Shown one piece after another: positions 32,245 through 42,380 of a stretch of 64,000 nt of DNA. The stretch lies in the IMG/VR virus record IMGVR_UViG_3300033066_002255, one strand, 5' to 3'. The position numbers were made by a program, and so were the translations under genes. Source of the DNA: a virus. Lineage: Duplodnaviria > Caudoviricetes. How positions within the stretch are numbered: position 1 is the stretch's first letter; each line of letters opens with the position of its first letter. The notes beneath the pieces were generated by a model that ran no database searches, was not told where the DNA came from, and was given only the letters and a program-made list of their open reading frames with translations.

Positions 32245-32605
32245 ATTTATTAAATTTTTCAGTTTTATATTGTTTTAATAAATAAACTATTTCTAAACTT
32301 TCATCTCGAATATTTTTCATATTCTTAAATTGAGGAATTTGTTTTATAACCAAATGATAAAAGGCAAAATAAGCTATTGAAAAACATAAACCCCAAGTTA
32401 GAGTTTCTTGTGTTGGTCCATATTTATAAAGCCTATAAAAGAAATTTATCATAAAAAATGGAAAAATAAAAAAGAAAATGGTACTTTCTTTATATAAAAA
32501 GGAAATAACTTTATGGTATTTAATCCAAAAATCAATCTTTGAAATATCTTTATCTTTAAAAAGGATATTGATTTCTTTTTTTATAGTTTCTGAATTACTA
32601 TTCAT
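32243..32605 (-). CDS. Small membrane protein with two predicted TM segments
   Basis: IFFFIFPFFMINFFY and WGLCFSIAYFAFYHLVI; preceded by a TGAAAC-N18-TATAAT promoter. Confidence 0.65.
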   Translation of the reverse strand: MNSNSETIKKEINILFKDKDISKIDFWIKYHKVISFLYKESTIFFFIFPFFMINFFYRLYKYGPTQETLTWGLCFSIAYFAFYHLVIKQIPQFKNMKNIRDESLEIVYLLKQYKTEKFNK

Positions 32606-32631
32606 AAATATACTTATTTAAGTTTTATATT

Positions 32632-32661
32632 ATTATACGTTTATAAAGCAAAAAAGTTTCA
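32632..32661 (-). promoter_or_regulatory. Promoter class TGAAACTTTTTT-N-ACGTATAAT
   Basis: Same motif and 18-nt spacing as the copy upstream of infC. Confidence 0.65.
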
Positions 32662-32709
32662 TTGTAATAAATATTTTACCTTTTCCAGGATATTTATGAA
32701 TAAAAAGTT

Positions 32710-33603
32710 ATGGTTAAATTAGGAGATAAGGGAGCAGAAGTAACAGAAGTACAAAAACTTCTTTCTATGCTTGGTTATGATTTAGTTATTGATGGCAGTT
32801 TTGGAGATAGAACAGAAAGGTCATTAAGAGCATTTCAGAAAAAAATGGGGCTTACTGTAGATGGAGTAGCTGGACCTAAAACAGTAGAAACTCTAAAAGC
32901 TTCTCAAAAAAGAACTGCAAAAGAAGAAAAAAGCGACCTTATTCCAAAAGATTATGGTACTTTAGATATTGACAAATCTTGTTTGTTAGATTCAAGTCAA
33001 TACTTAAGACAAACAACAAAAAAAGATAAATTATTTATTCATTTTACTGCTGGTGGTCCAAGTGCTATAAATGTAATTAAATATTGGGATTCAGATGAGG
33101 TGAAAGTATCAACAGCTTTTGTAATTGATGGTTCTAGTGGCAAAATTTTTGAATGTTTCGACCCTGATTTTTGGAGTTTCCACCTAGGAATCAAAGGAAC
33201 AAATGGAGCACTTGATAAATTTTCTATTGGAATAGAAATTTGTGCATGGGGTCCAGTAACAAAAAAAGATGATAAATATTATAGTTATACAGATAAAGAA
33301 TTACCAGCTAATGAAATTTACGAATTAGATAAACCCTTTAGAGGTTATAAATATTTTCATAAAGTTTCTGATGAACAATTTAAAAGTTTAGAATTACTTG
33401 TAGATTGGCTTATCACAAAATATAACATTCCTATTCAAAAAAGTTTTGATGAGACTTGGTTTGATTTTCAACAAAGTGTTATAGATAATAAGACTCCTGG
33501 AGTTTGGACTCATACTACAGTTAGAAAAGATAAGAGTGATATGTATCCAGATAAAAGATTAATTGATATGCTTAATAGACTTGGTAAAAAACATAATTCT
33601 TAA
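32710..33603 (+). CDS. Endolysin: peptidoglycan-binding domain + N-acetylmuramoyl-L-alanine amidase (Amidase_2-like)
   Basis: GDKGAEVTEVQKLL..DGSFG..T..FQ..GLTVDGVAGPKT; IHFTAG, SIGIEIC, WTHTTVRKDKSD. Confidence 0.9.
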   Translation: MVKLGDKGAEVTEVQKLLSMLGYDLVIDGSFGDRTERSLRAFQKKMGLTVDGVAGPKTVETLKASQKRTAKEEKSDLIPKDYGTLDIDKSCLLDSSQYLRQTTKKDKLFIHFTAGGPSAINVIKYWDSDEVKVSTAFVIDGSSGKIFECFDPDFWSFHLGIKGTNGALDKFSIGIEICAWGPVTKKDDKYYSYTDKELPANEIYELDKPFRGYKYFHKVSDEQFKSLELLVDWLITKYNIPIQKSFDETWFDFQQSVIDNKTPGVWTHTTVRKDKSDMYPDKRLIDMLNRLGKKHNS

Positions 33604-33604
33604 T

Positions 33605-33823
33605 ATGACTACTAAAAACTGGTCTGAGACTGAATTAAAAAATATGATTAAAGACATAGTTAAGCAAGAGCTTAAAGATGTAAAATCTGATATTGATAAA
33701 ATTAAAAAAAGTCATAAAGAATTAACTGATGAAGAAAAAGTAAAAGACATTGTTAGAGCAACTCTTGTCAATATGTATAAATACTTATGGCAAAAATCAG
33801 GAAATTATATAAAACAAATTTAA
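33605..33823 (+). CDS. Small hypothetical protein with leader-like helix
   Basis: ATG 33605; SETELKNMIKDIVKQEL. Confidence 0.65.
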   Translation: MTTKNWSETELKNMIKDIVKQELKDVKSDIDKIKKSHKELTDEEKVKDIVRATLVNMYKYLWQKSGNYIKQI

Positions 33824-33824
33824 A

Positions 33825-34556
33825 ATGAATAGAGAAAAGTTACAACAAATAATAAAAACTTCTGTGCAAGAAGTTGCACATGAATATCTTAAAGAGCTTA
33901 ATAGAATGAAGCAAATAAAAGATACTGATAATTTTCTTAATTCTTCAAGTATTAGTGAAGATGATTTTGATACTGTCTTTTTTCATGGAGGTCATAAACC
34001 TAAAACTGATGAGAAAAAATTAAAATCTCCAGTTACAATCAATGAAAATACAAACAATAACTTGAAAATTACAACAAGTGAAATCAAGGAATTTGAAAAT
34101 AGTTTTAAGGATATTTTAGACAAAACTCCTGGAGCTTCTATTGTATTTGATAAACAGAAAAATGGATTTTCTATTATAGCAACTAAAAGAACTGACGGTG
34201 TAGAAGCTAAGGCTTCTGGAATTTTAAATTTAGGAGATAAAGGTAAAATAATTTGGTCCTATTCTATCTTAAATGGTTTTAATGTTAATGCTCAAAATTT
34301 AAAATTGAGTGATAGTAATAAATTTATGTTTGAAGCTTTAACAAATCACTATAATGATTGGCAAAAAAATTGGAGAGATAAGCTAAATTTACCAAGTGCG
34401 CCTTCTTCTGAGGAAAATACAATAGCACCAGGAACAGATATGGGACAAGCAGATATGCCTTCAGCTCAAAATGCCTTAGGCCTTGGAGCTCAAAGTGCTC
34501 CAAGTGGAGGTGTAGCAGCACCAGAAGGTGGCGCTTCAGCAAATCCTGGAATTTAA
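33825..34556 (+). CDS. Hypothetical protein with leader-like N-terminus
   Basis: MNREKLQQIIKTSVQE; low-complexity P/A/G C-terminus. Confidence 0.7.
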   Translation: MNREKLQQIIKTSVQEVAHEYLKELNRMKQIKDTDNFLNSSSISEDDFDTVFFHGGHKPKTDEKKLKSPVTINENTNNNLKITTSEIKEFENSFKDILDKTPGASIVFDKQKNGFSIIATKRTDGVEAKASGILNLGDKGKIIWSYSILNGFNVNAQNLKLSDSNKFMFEALTNHYNDWQKNWRDKLNLPSAPSSEENTIAPGTDMGQADMPSAQNALGLGAQSAPSGGVAAPEGGASANPGI

Positions 34557-34594
34557 TATTTACTTTTTTTTTATCATATCTTATATTTATTATT

Positions 34595-34885
34595 ATGCCT
34601 ACAATTCAGCAAATAATAAACAACCAAGAAACTTATAAGGATAAAATTTTTATTTTTCTTAAAGAAGAGGTAAAGCAAGTCAAGGGAGAACTAAAAAACA
34701 TTAATTCTTCTGATGAATTTATCATGAAAGAAAGAGAAAAACTTTTAAAGAAATTTAAAAGAACAAGTACCATAGAATCTATTAAAAAGTATTTTTTTCT
34801 TAGTAAGAAAAGAGATGATACTTATTATGTTTGGTGGGATGATTTAATTCAAGAAGTAATTATTAAAAGATATGACAAAAAATAG
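34595..34885 (+). CDS. Hypothetical protein
   Basis: 96-aa ORF with upstream promoter motif. Confidence 0.6.
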   Translation: MPTIQQIINNQETYKDKIFIFLKEEVKQVKGELKNINSSDEFIMKEREKLLKKFKRTSTIESIKKYFFLSKKRDDTYYVWWDDLIQEVIIKRYDKK

Positions 34886-35393
34886 AAAAAACACATTACC
34901 AATTTTAATTGACATTAAATTCAATGGTTCAATGAATCAATTTGAAGAAGTTTATGGAGAGCATGTTAAACATGCAGAAATAGAGCAAGAAAGCTACATT
35001 GACCTTAAGGGTATGATATTTGAAAAAATAAATCCCAATATTAAAATTAGAAAATTTAATAGAGAGAAACACACTTTAACTTTAAAGGCAGATATGCTTG
35101 AAAAAGAGTATCAATTTTTACAAGATATATTAGCTGGAAAAGTTATTGATGAAGTTAAAACTAACGACAAAAAAAAGAATCCAGAAGGTGTACAATATAT
35201 AGAAAAATTTAATTTTTTACATGATTTTATTATCTCTAAAGTTAAAATAATGACTGAAGAAGATTTATTAAAAATAAGAAAAGGTACAGTTTCTGAAGAA
35301 GATAATTCCTATGAAGATGATGAGAAAATAACAGAAGTTTCGTTGGATGAAGCAGAAGATGTAGAAGATTTTAGAGAAGAAGAATTTGAATAA
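34872..35393 (+). CDS. Hypothetical protein, acidic C-terminus
   Basis: 173-aa ORF. Confidence 0.65.
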   Translation: MTKNRKNTLPILIDIKFNGSMNQFEEVYGEHVKHAEIEQESYIDLKGMIFEKINPNIKIRKFNREKHTLTLKADMLEKEYQFLQDILAGKVIDEVKTNDKKKNPEGVQYIEKFNFLHDFIISKVKIMTEEDLLKIRKGTVSEEDNSYEDDEKITEVSLDEAEDVEDFREEEFE

Positions 35394-35414
35394 TATTTAT
35401 AGAAAAAAGTTAAT

Positions 35415-36242
35415 ATGGAAAATAATGCACAAAATGAGCTTCAAAGAAGAAGACAAGAAATGTTTAGAAACATGGGAGTTGCAAATGCTGGTAAAATATT
35501 AAATGAATCTGCAGTTGCTGGAGGTGGAGCAAATTCAGATATGGCAGCTAAAATAGCAGCAATTAAGAGCGGAGCGGCAAGAGGAGCTGTCACAAATGCA
35601 ATAAGCGCTATAGAAGGAGGTAATAAGCAACAATTTAAAGCTATACCAGATTCAAGTAGAAATAAATTTGCAAAAGAACAAGTTAATCCTGAATATAGCC
35701 AAAAAGTAGAATCTTTTGACTTACCATCTGGAAGAAGTTCAGAATTAGCAGCTATAGAGTCAATGTTTGGAAGTGATGGTCCTTCAAGAGGCGCAAATAG
35801 ACAAAATTCTGGCTATGAGCAATTTGCTCAAAATCCTTTGAATACAGAATTAAATATTGATGATATAGTAATGCCTACATTTAATCCTCATGCTGCTTTA
35901 CAGCAAAAGGCAATGAAGCAACAAAATAAAAATAATGCTCAAAGTCCTTATTTAAAATTTGCCAGCGATAATCCAATTCAACAAGAACAATTTGAAGATT
36001 TCATTCCTCAGCAACAGCAACAACAACAAGGCATAAACTTGAATTTCAATAATCTTCAAATGATGATGGAAACAATTGCTAAAGGTATAGCTGAAAAAAC
36101 AATTAAAAATGTTTTAAATGAATATACTGAACAACAAAAAGGTAGAATTTATATTGAAAAATTTGATAAAGAAAGAAATATTATAAAAACCTCTGATGGC
36201 AAATACTATAGAGTAACTCAAGTAGAACCAAAAAAGAAATAA
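35415..36242 (+). CDS. Hypothetical Q/N-rich late protein
   Basis: 275 aa, polyQ tract, TATTTATA at 35394. Confidence 0.7.
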   Translation: MENNAQNELQRRRQEMFRNMGVANAGKILNESAVAGGGANSDMAAKIAAIKSGAARGAVTNAISAIEGGNKQQFKAIPDSSRNKFAKEQVNPEYSQKVESFDLPSGRSSELAAIESMFGSDGPSRGANRQNSGYEQFAQNPLNTELNIDDIVMPTFNPHAALQQKAMKQQNKNNAQSPYLKFASDNPIQQEQFEDFIPQQQQQQQGINLNFNNLQMMMETIAKGIAEKTIKNVLNEYTEQQKGRIYIEKFDKERNIIKTSDGKYYRVTQVEPKKK

Positions 36243-36743
36243 TTATAAATCATCTCCAAAATCAAAAGATTCTGTAAAAATAATCTTTAATTTAGCAGAT
36301 TGTAACAAGGTGCCAGCTTTTAGTTTTTCCAGATAATCCTTTGGAGAACCTGAAAGCTTTCTTGTTTTATCTTCTTGTATACTTTTAACAACTTGATTAA
36401 TTCTACAAGCTTCTATAAGAGACTTTTGACTATATGTTGAATTTACTAATTCAACCCAACCCTTTTCTATTGCAATATCAATATGCTGAGTGACATGGCA
36501 AGCCTTACATAAAATTGTACACTTTGAGTTTTCATTGTTTTCTTCATCAACTTCAATTACATGCATTGATAAGACCGACAAAATTTTACTATCATCCAGC
36601 GGTCTATATCCACATCCCATACAAACAGATTTACACTCTTTAAATGTTTTATTTCTTAGCTCTAAGTATTTTGCATCACCAATTGATTTCTTAAATTCAT
36701 TATCTGATGGTGAAATTCTTAGTTTTAAATCAAATTCTTCCAT
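36243..36743 (-). CDS. HNH-fold zinc-binding protein
   Basis: CMGCG...LSMHVIE...ILCKACHVTQH. Confidence 0.7.
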   Translation of the reverse strand: MEEFDLKLRISPSDNEFKKSIGDAKYLELRNKTFKECKSVCMGCGYRPLDDSKILSVLSMHVIEVDEENNENSKCTILCKACHVTQHIDIAIEKGWVELVNSTYSQKSLIEACRINQVVKSIQEDKTRKLSGSPKDYLEKLKAGTLLQSAKLKIIFTESFDFGDDL

Positions 36744-37261
36744 TACTTACTTGTTGGCTTTGGCTTAATAATAAATTGCATTTTTTTACCCTCCATTTTA
36801 GGCAATCCTTCTGGAGTTCCGTATTCACTAAGTAAATCAGCAAATTTAAGCATGGTAATTTGGCCTTGCTCTTTAAAAACGATAGTTCTACCCTTAAACA
36901 GAAGCGTCACTTTAACTTTATCTCCATTTTCAAGAAATTCTTTACTTTTTCTTGCTTTGGTTTCCATATCATGGTCTCCAATATTAGGACTTAAGGACAT
37001 TTCTTTTGTTTGGCTTGTCTTTTGGTTTTTCTTGTTATCTTTCTCTTTTTTCTTTATTTCATAAAGAAATTTAGAATACTCCATAATTTTACAAACTACT
37101 GGAGTAGATTTATTCGAAATTTCGATTAAGTCTGCATTTAATTCTTTGGCTATAATTAAAGCTGACGCAATAGGATAAACTCCATCTGTATATCCTTCGG
37201 GTAGCGATACTAAACGAACTTCTTTCGCTTGTATTTTTTGGTTAATTTTGTGATTTTCCAA
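36743..37261 (-). CDS. infC: Translation initiation factor IF-3
   Basis: INQKIQAKEVRLV, PVVCKIMEYSKFLYE, KEMSLSPNIGDHD, FLENGDKVKVTLLFKGR, PKMEGK. Confidence 0.96.
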   Translation of the reverse strand: MENHKINQKIQAKEVRLVSLPEGYTDGVYPIASALIIAKELNADLIEISNKSTPVVCKIMEYSKFLYEIKKKEKDNKKNQKTSQTKEMSLSPNIGDHDMETKARKSKEFLENGDKVKVTLLFKGRTIVFKEQGQITMLKFADLLSEYGTPEGLPKMEGKKMQFIIKPKPTSK

Positions 37262-37288
37262 TGGTTATAAGTTATTTTATTGTATTTA

Positions 37289-37318
37289 ATTATACGTAAA
37301 TATAAGAAAAAAGTTTCA
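37289..37318 (-). promoter_or_regulatory. Promoter class TGAAACTTTTTT-N-ACGTATAAT for infC
   Basis: Second copy of the 32632-32661 motif with identical spacing. Confidence 0.65.
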
Positions 37319-37374
37319 ATAATTTTCAAAATTCGATTTTTTTTCAAGTATTTATAATAAAAACTATAACAATC

Positions 37375-38061
37375 ATGGAAAATAACTCAAGCAAAAAGAT
37401 AACAAAAAAAGAGCTTCAAAGCTATATTATCTCTGAGGCAATGAAAATGTTAAATGCTGGCGACGCTATGGAAGTAGAAATGAACACAATGGATAAAGAA
37501 GTTGGTTCAGATGGTAATCCAGGTACAGCTTTAGTTAAAACTAAAGAAAAAGGTGGTTTCGAAAAGAAAAACGATGCTCCTGATGCAGCAAAAAATATTG
37601 AAACTACAGAAGAAACTACTGAGGTAGAAATGAACCAAAATGATAATGAGGGTGGTTCTGATGAAAAAATTGCAGCTGCAGTTAAAGTTGATGCGACTAG
37701 TTCTACAAAAAAAGGAGATTCAATTGAAGGTATGCACAATGCTAAATTTGATAGCAAAGATAAAAATCCTTCTACAGATTCTTCAAAACCTTTTGAGGAT
37801 AAAAAAGAAAAAGTAGAAATGAACTCAATGGATGAAGATAGCGAAGGTGGAGCAAAAACTTTTGTTACAGCTGGTTCTGAAATGTCAAAAGGAGCTTCTA
37901 CTGGACAAGCAAAAGCAAATTATTCAGAAACTGCTAAAAACGAAAAAGAAACTGCTGAAACTATTGCAAAAGCAATTCAATTACCAGAAAGATTTGAAAA
38001 TAAAACAGCAATGTTAAAATTCATAAAAGAAGAAGCAGAAAAAATTGCTAAACTTATATAA
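37375..38061 (+). CDS. Charged low-complexity late protein (internal head/scaffold-like)
   Basis: KITKKELQSYIISEA leader, repeated EVEMN motif, C-terminal FIKEEAEKI; TATTTATA at 37349. Confidence 0.6.
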   Translation: MENNSSKKITKKELQSYIISEAMKMLNAGDAMEVEMNTMDKEVGSDGNPGTALVKTKEKGGFEKKNDAPDAAKNIETTEETTEVEMNQNDNEGGSDEKIAAAVKVDATSSTKKGDSIEGMHNAKFDSKDKNPSTDSSKPFEDKKEKVEMNSMDEDSEGGAKTFVTAGSEMSKGASTGQAKANYSETAKNEKETAETIAKAIQLPERFENKTAMLKFIKEEAEKIAKLI

Positions 38062-38081
38062 AAAGTAAAAAAAATAATTTT

Positions 38082-38114
38082 AAAAAACCAAGAGCAATAC
38101 ACTCTTGGTTTTTT
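38082..38114 (+). terminator. Intrinsic terminator
   Basis: AAAAAACCAAGAG-loop-CTCTTGGTTTTTT. Confidence 0.8.
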
Positions 38115-38148
38115 GTTTTATTATACCTATATTTTAAAAAAAATAATT

Positions 38149-40149
38149 ATGATTTTAAATTTTGAAAAATATGCTAAATCTTTTTTGTTTGTTAATCATG
38201 ACACACCAGAAGGAGATGTTTACTACTGCGATTGCGGAGAGGTTATTACAAAAGAAAGTAATAGAAAAGAACTTCAAGAAGAATATGAAAAAGTAAATAA
38301 AGATGTAATTGTATTAGCTAACGATGAAGAAGAAGTAGCTCAAGAATTTAGAGATTTATATAAAAACGCAAAACTTGGAATAGAAGAAGAAGTTTGCTGT
38401 CCTAATTGTGGCAGAAATTTTTTAAGTTCTACAAGTATAGAACAATTAATTACAAATAATTATAATTTCATATCTGGCTATTCTTTTGAGGAAAATTCAA
38501 GTGATGTTATATTATTTTACTCAGTTATAAAGTCTGATTTATCTTCAACTGAAAAAGTTAATTTTATTGAATCTGTGAAATATATTAGATTCTCAAAAGA
38601 AGATAAAAAATTATATTACAAGAGTTTAAATGAACAAGAAAAAGAATTTGACCTAGATGAAGTATCAAATATTTGTGATGAATTTTTTGTATTTGATACT
38701 GTGAAGGTTGTTAATATCATTGATATGCATCTTTTTATTGGAAGATTAGCTAATTTTATAATTGATGCTAAAAATATAGATATTATCAATGAATTATTGG
38801 AAAATCTTAGAGGTAATGTATCAAATGCAGGACTAGATATTATAAAGAAAATCACAATAATTTTTCTAGGTATTATTAAATACTCTAATTTATCTACTAT
38901 CGCAATGACAAAAGGACCAGTTTTTTTATATGACCTTATGACAGAGTGTAGTGTGCCAAAGCCTTCAGTTTTAATAGAAAATAATGTTACTTCTCCAATT
39001 AAAATATTTAATTTTCTGATTCAAAATTATATTAAAAAATTAAATGTTGAAGTAAATGCAGATAATAAAGAAGTTCATGAATTTAAATTTAAATCAGCCA
39101 AAAGAATTGAATATGATTCTTCTGGAGAAAATGTAGTCGTGAAAGACCTTGACGGAATTGAGGAAAAGGCTATTGTAATTGCTACAAACATTGATTACAA
39201 TTCAAAAAAAGTAAAAAAAGATAAAGGACAATATCAAGTAGAAGAAGCAATAGAAGACGGGTCAGTTTCTAAGTTTATTTTTAATAAAATAAACAAATTT
39301 AGCGAATATAAAAAAATTATAAAATTCTTTAAACATGTTGACAAGCAAGAATTAATATTGCTTTTACAAAAATATGAAATAGGATTTCTCGTAGAAGTAA
39401 TTGATTTAATTTACTTTAGAAACAAAGTTTCTTTTAAAGAATTAGAAAGAATTTTAGATATAATTTTTGACTATACTTCAATAGAATCTAAAAAACACTG
39501 CAAAGTAATGGATGGTATTCTTAGAATGGATTATAGCAGAGTTAAAAGCTTTAGCTTTATTAATTATGATGATTCATTAATGATGATGGAAGTTTTAAAG
39601 TTTGACCCAAGAATTGATTTTAATAAAATAAGAACTTATAAAGAATTAAATGCGTATCATGATAATTTAATTAAATTCTTCTCTGTTTTAAAAGAAGAGG
39701 AAAAGAATGGCTCAATTATGGAATTTGTTTCTAAATTTAAATCTCTTGAAAGTAGAGAAGATTATGATGGACCTCTTGAAATTAGATTATTATCAACTCC
39801 TGGTATGATTATTAAAGAAGGTGTAGAAATGAAACACAGTGCTTCTGCTTATGCTAAAAATGTAGCACAAGGGTTTTATTTGATGGGGCAAGTCTTTGAC
39901 AAAGACCCTAATAGAACAAATTCAGAGCCTCCAAGATACACAATAGGTTTTCATTATGACAAGTTAGCTGGCTTAGAATTTGAGCAAGTGAAAGGATTCG
40001 CAAATGAGCTTGGAGAAGGTATTCCTAAAAAAACAGATAGGTTTAAAAAACTAATGATGGAATGGTTAACAGTAAAAGATATTTCCTTTAGACCTATAAA
40101 TGATTTAAAATTAAATTGGGAAAGCAGTAATATAGATGAAAAGCTATAA
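38149..40149 (+). CDS. PcfJ-like domain protein with N-terminal Cys motifs
   Basis: Start moved to ATG 38149; C-terminal IKEGVEMKHSASAY...RYTIGF...EQVKGFAN; CDCG and CPNCG. Confidence 0.65.
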   Translation: MILNFEKYAKSFLFVNHDTPEGDVYYCDCGEVITKESNRKELQEEYEKVNKDVIVLANDEEEVAQEFRDLYKNAKLGIEEEVCCPNCGRNFLSSTSIEQLITNNYNFISGYSFEENSSDVILFYSVIKSDLSSTEKVNFIESVKYIRFSKEDKKLYYKSLNEQEKEFDLDEVSNICDEFFVFDTVKVVNIIDMHLFIGRLANFIIDAKNIDIINELLENLRGNVSNAGLDIIKKITIIFLGIIKYSNLSTIAMTKGPVFLYDLMTECSVPKPSVLIENNVTSPIKIFNFLIQNYIKKLNVEVNADNKEVHEFKFKSAKRIEYDSSGENVVVKDLDGIEEKAIVIATNIDYNSKKVKKDKGQYQVEEAIEDGSVSKFIFNKINKFSEYKKIIKFFKHVDKQELILLLQKYEIGFLVEVIDLIYFRNKVSFKELERILDIIFDYTSIESKKHCKVMDGILRMDYSRVKSFSFINYDDSLMMMEVLKFDPRIDFNKIRTYKELNAYHDNLIKFFSVLKEEEKNGSIMEFVSKFKSLESREDYDGPLEIRLLSTPGMIIKEGVEMKHSASAYAKNVAQGFYLMGQVFDKDPNRTNSEPPRYTIGFHYDKLAGLEFEQVKGFANELGEGIPKKTDRFKKLMMEWLTVKDISFRPINDLKLNWESSNIDEKL

Positions 40150-40498
40150 AGATATCTTTATATATAACAATGAAGATGAGTTAATTTCTTATGTTGAATT
40201 AGACAATAATGAAATTGCTCATCAATATTTACTTAAAAATAGGGAGTTAACAAAATGCAACATCTTTCTAAATAACAAAAAGAAAGAAATAAATAAAGTT
40301 AAAATACTTTTTAACGAAGACTGTTCTTTAAGGCATTTTATTTTAGACGGAGAAGCAATCTGCAGAGTTGTTAGAAAAAATTCTCATTCTATATCTCCTC
40401 CAAATGAAGAAGCAAGAATAACATTAAAAGATAATAAAAAAATAGATTTTTTTTCTATCAAAAAAAACCTTATAGAAGATTGGCTTAAATTACTGTAA
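40136..40498 (+). CDS. Hypothetical protein
   Basis: 120-aa ORF overlapping the upstream stop. Confidence 0.6.
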   Translation: MKSYKDIFIYNNEDELISYVELDNNEIAHQYLLKNRELTKCNIFLNNKKKEINKVKILFNEDCSLRHFILDGEAICRVVRKNSHSISPPNEEARITLKDNKKIDFFSIKKNLIEDWLKLL

Positions 40499-40533
40499 AC
40501 ATTATTTTTCAGGATATTTATAAGAAAATATTA

Positions 40534-41007
40534 ATGAAATTTAAGGATTTATATTTAAGCATTTTAAGTGAAAATGAGAATTTTTTCTACGTAGATACAG
40601 ATTGCATATCTGATATCTTGGATGTAACTATTAAAAAATCAGAAGACTATGTAAAAATTGATTTCGCTACCAACTATGGTAAAAAAGGTCAATTAGTAGT
40701 AAAATATTCAAAATTTTTAAATTGGTATCTTAATCATATCAATGAATTTCCTGATGTTTTTAAATCCTTTACAAAAGAATATATTGCAAAATCTAAACAG
40801 ACTCCTGAGCTAGAAGAAGAGCCTGTTACAGAAATTGTTGATGAAGAAGGGAATTTAATTTCAAATGATGACAAGCCAAACAATTCAACAAATACAATGG
40901 TTGGCTCTAAAAATACTTGGGATTTAGAAAAAGTTTATAAATCAACTATACCAAAAAGTATTAGGTTCTACAGTGGGGACCTCGGCATCGGCATAATAAC
41001 CTGGTGA
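40534..41007 (+). CDS. Late hypothetical protein; target gene of cassette 1 (recoded 3' end)
   Basis: MKFKDLYLSILSE leader; last 14 codons strongly GC3-rich; ends in TGA. Confidence 0.75.
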   Translation: MKFKDLYLSILSENENFFYVDTDCISDILDVTIKKSEDYVKIDFATNYGKKGQLVVKYSKFLNWYLNHINEFPDVFKSFTKEYIAKSKQTPELEEEPVTEIVDEEGNLISNDDKPNNSTNTMVGSKNTWDLEKVYKSTIPKSIRFYSGDLGIGIITW

Positions 41008-41069
41008 TTGGAGTTATTATTTGGTAAATTCATTTTTATTTACTATTTATTATAAAATAGTTTTTAAAC

Positions 41070-42368
41070 ATGAGCTACAAAAGAAAAATAATTGGTACAT
41101 CCTTAGAAGAAATAAGGTTTTTTTATTTCATTAGACAAATATTTCCAGAAGCACAAAATAGATTTGTTTTTATTTATGATAAAAATAAAAGTTTTGAATT
41201 AGATATTTTTATACCACACCTAAATCTTGCAATTGAATATGATGGTGTGTATTTTCATTCTTCAAAATCAATGATAAAAAAAGATTTAAAGAAGAATGGT
41301 ATATGCAAAAAAAATGGTATAACACTAATCAGAATAAGAGAAAAGGGGTTAAGTAAAATATTTTTTCATGATATAGAATATAACTATCAATTAAAAAATA
41401 GTCACAAGGAATCTTTTAAAGGGCTTTTATGCTTTATAAAAAGTGAGTTTAATCTAAATCAATTTGAACTTAAATCAATAACAGAATTTGACTATGATAA
41501 ATTTGAAATAAGTCCTGAAGTATTGACACTTTTTAGGGAAATAGAATTTAGTAAATCACTAAAGGCTATTAATCCAAAACTATCAGAAGAATGGAATGTT
41601 GATAAAAATAATGGATTACTTCCTGATAATGTTAGCGCAAACACCGAACTTCTTGTGTGGTGGAAATGTAAAACTTGCAAAAATGAATGGCAAGCTACAG
41701 TTCATGAGAGAAACAGGGGATGGTATAATTGCATAAAATGCAGGTCTCTTGGTATTAAAAACCCAGAATTATCCAAAGAATGGCATCCAAAAAAAAATGC
41801 AGACTTAACCCCGTTTGATATTACATATGCTTCAAATAAGAAATATTGGTGGATTTGTGAAAATGGACATGAATATTTAACTTCTGTTCATACTAAAAAT
41901 AAAGGTGCTGGATGCCCATATTGTTCAGGGCATAAATTATACGAAAACAATTCTCTCGCTAAAATCAACCCAAAACTTTCAAATGAATGGCATCCAATAT
42001 TAAATGGTAATAAAACACCAGAAAATGTATTTTCAAGCTCAAGAACAGAAAAAGCTTGGTGGCAATGTTCAAATATTAAAGAGCATGCTTGGGAAGCTAA
42101 AATACATTCCAGGCACCAATTAGGCCATGGTTGTCCGTATTGTGATGGTAAAAAAGTATCAAAAGAAAATTCGTTGGCTCAAAATAGGCCAGAATTAGCA
42201 AAACAATGGCATCCAGCAAAAAACAATGAATTAACGCCTGAAAATGTAACAATTTCTTCTGGCAAAAGAGTTTGGTGGCAATGTAATTGTTGCAACCATG
42301 AGTGGCAAGCTAATATAAATAACAGAGTAAGGACTTCAGGGAAGTGTCCAAATTGTAGAAAAAAATAA
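41070..42368 (+). CDS. Putative homing endonuclease: Vsr/DUF559-like PD-(D/E)xK domain + four treble-clef zinc-ribbon (DUF4379-like) repeats
   Basis: ELDIFIPHLNLAIEYDGVYFH...LIRIRE; repeats P.L..EWH..KN..LTP..V...S....WW.C...HEW...CPYC. Confidence 0.8.
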   Translation: MSYKRKIIGTSLEEIRFFYFIRQIFPEAQNRFVFIYDKNKSFELDIFIPHLNLAIEYDGVYFHSSKSMIKKDLKKNGICKKNGITLIRIREKGLSKIFFHDIEYNYQLKNSHKESFKGLLCFIKSEFNLNQFELKSITEFDYDKFEISPEVLTLFREIEFSKSLKAINPKLSEEWNVDKNNGLLPDNVSANTELLVWWKCKTCKNEWQATVHERNRGWYNCIKCRSLGIKNPELSKEWHPKKNADLTPFDITYASNKKYWWICENGHEYLTSVHTKNKGAGCPYCSGHKLYENNSLAKINPKLSNEWHPILNGNKTPENVFSSSRTEKAWWQCSNIKEHAWEAKIHSRHQLGHGCPYCDGKKVSKENSLAQNRPELAKQWHPAKNNELTPENVTISSGKRVWWQCNCCNHEWQANINNRVRTSGKCPNCRKK

Positions 42369-42380
42369 CTATTTATTTAT

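Noticed and set aside
36243-36743. Third homing cassette around the HNH gene
   Set aside because: No duplicated gene terminus or cargo gene found; the gene is translationally coupled to infC and looks resident.
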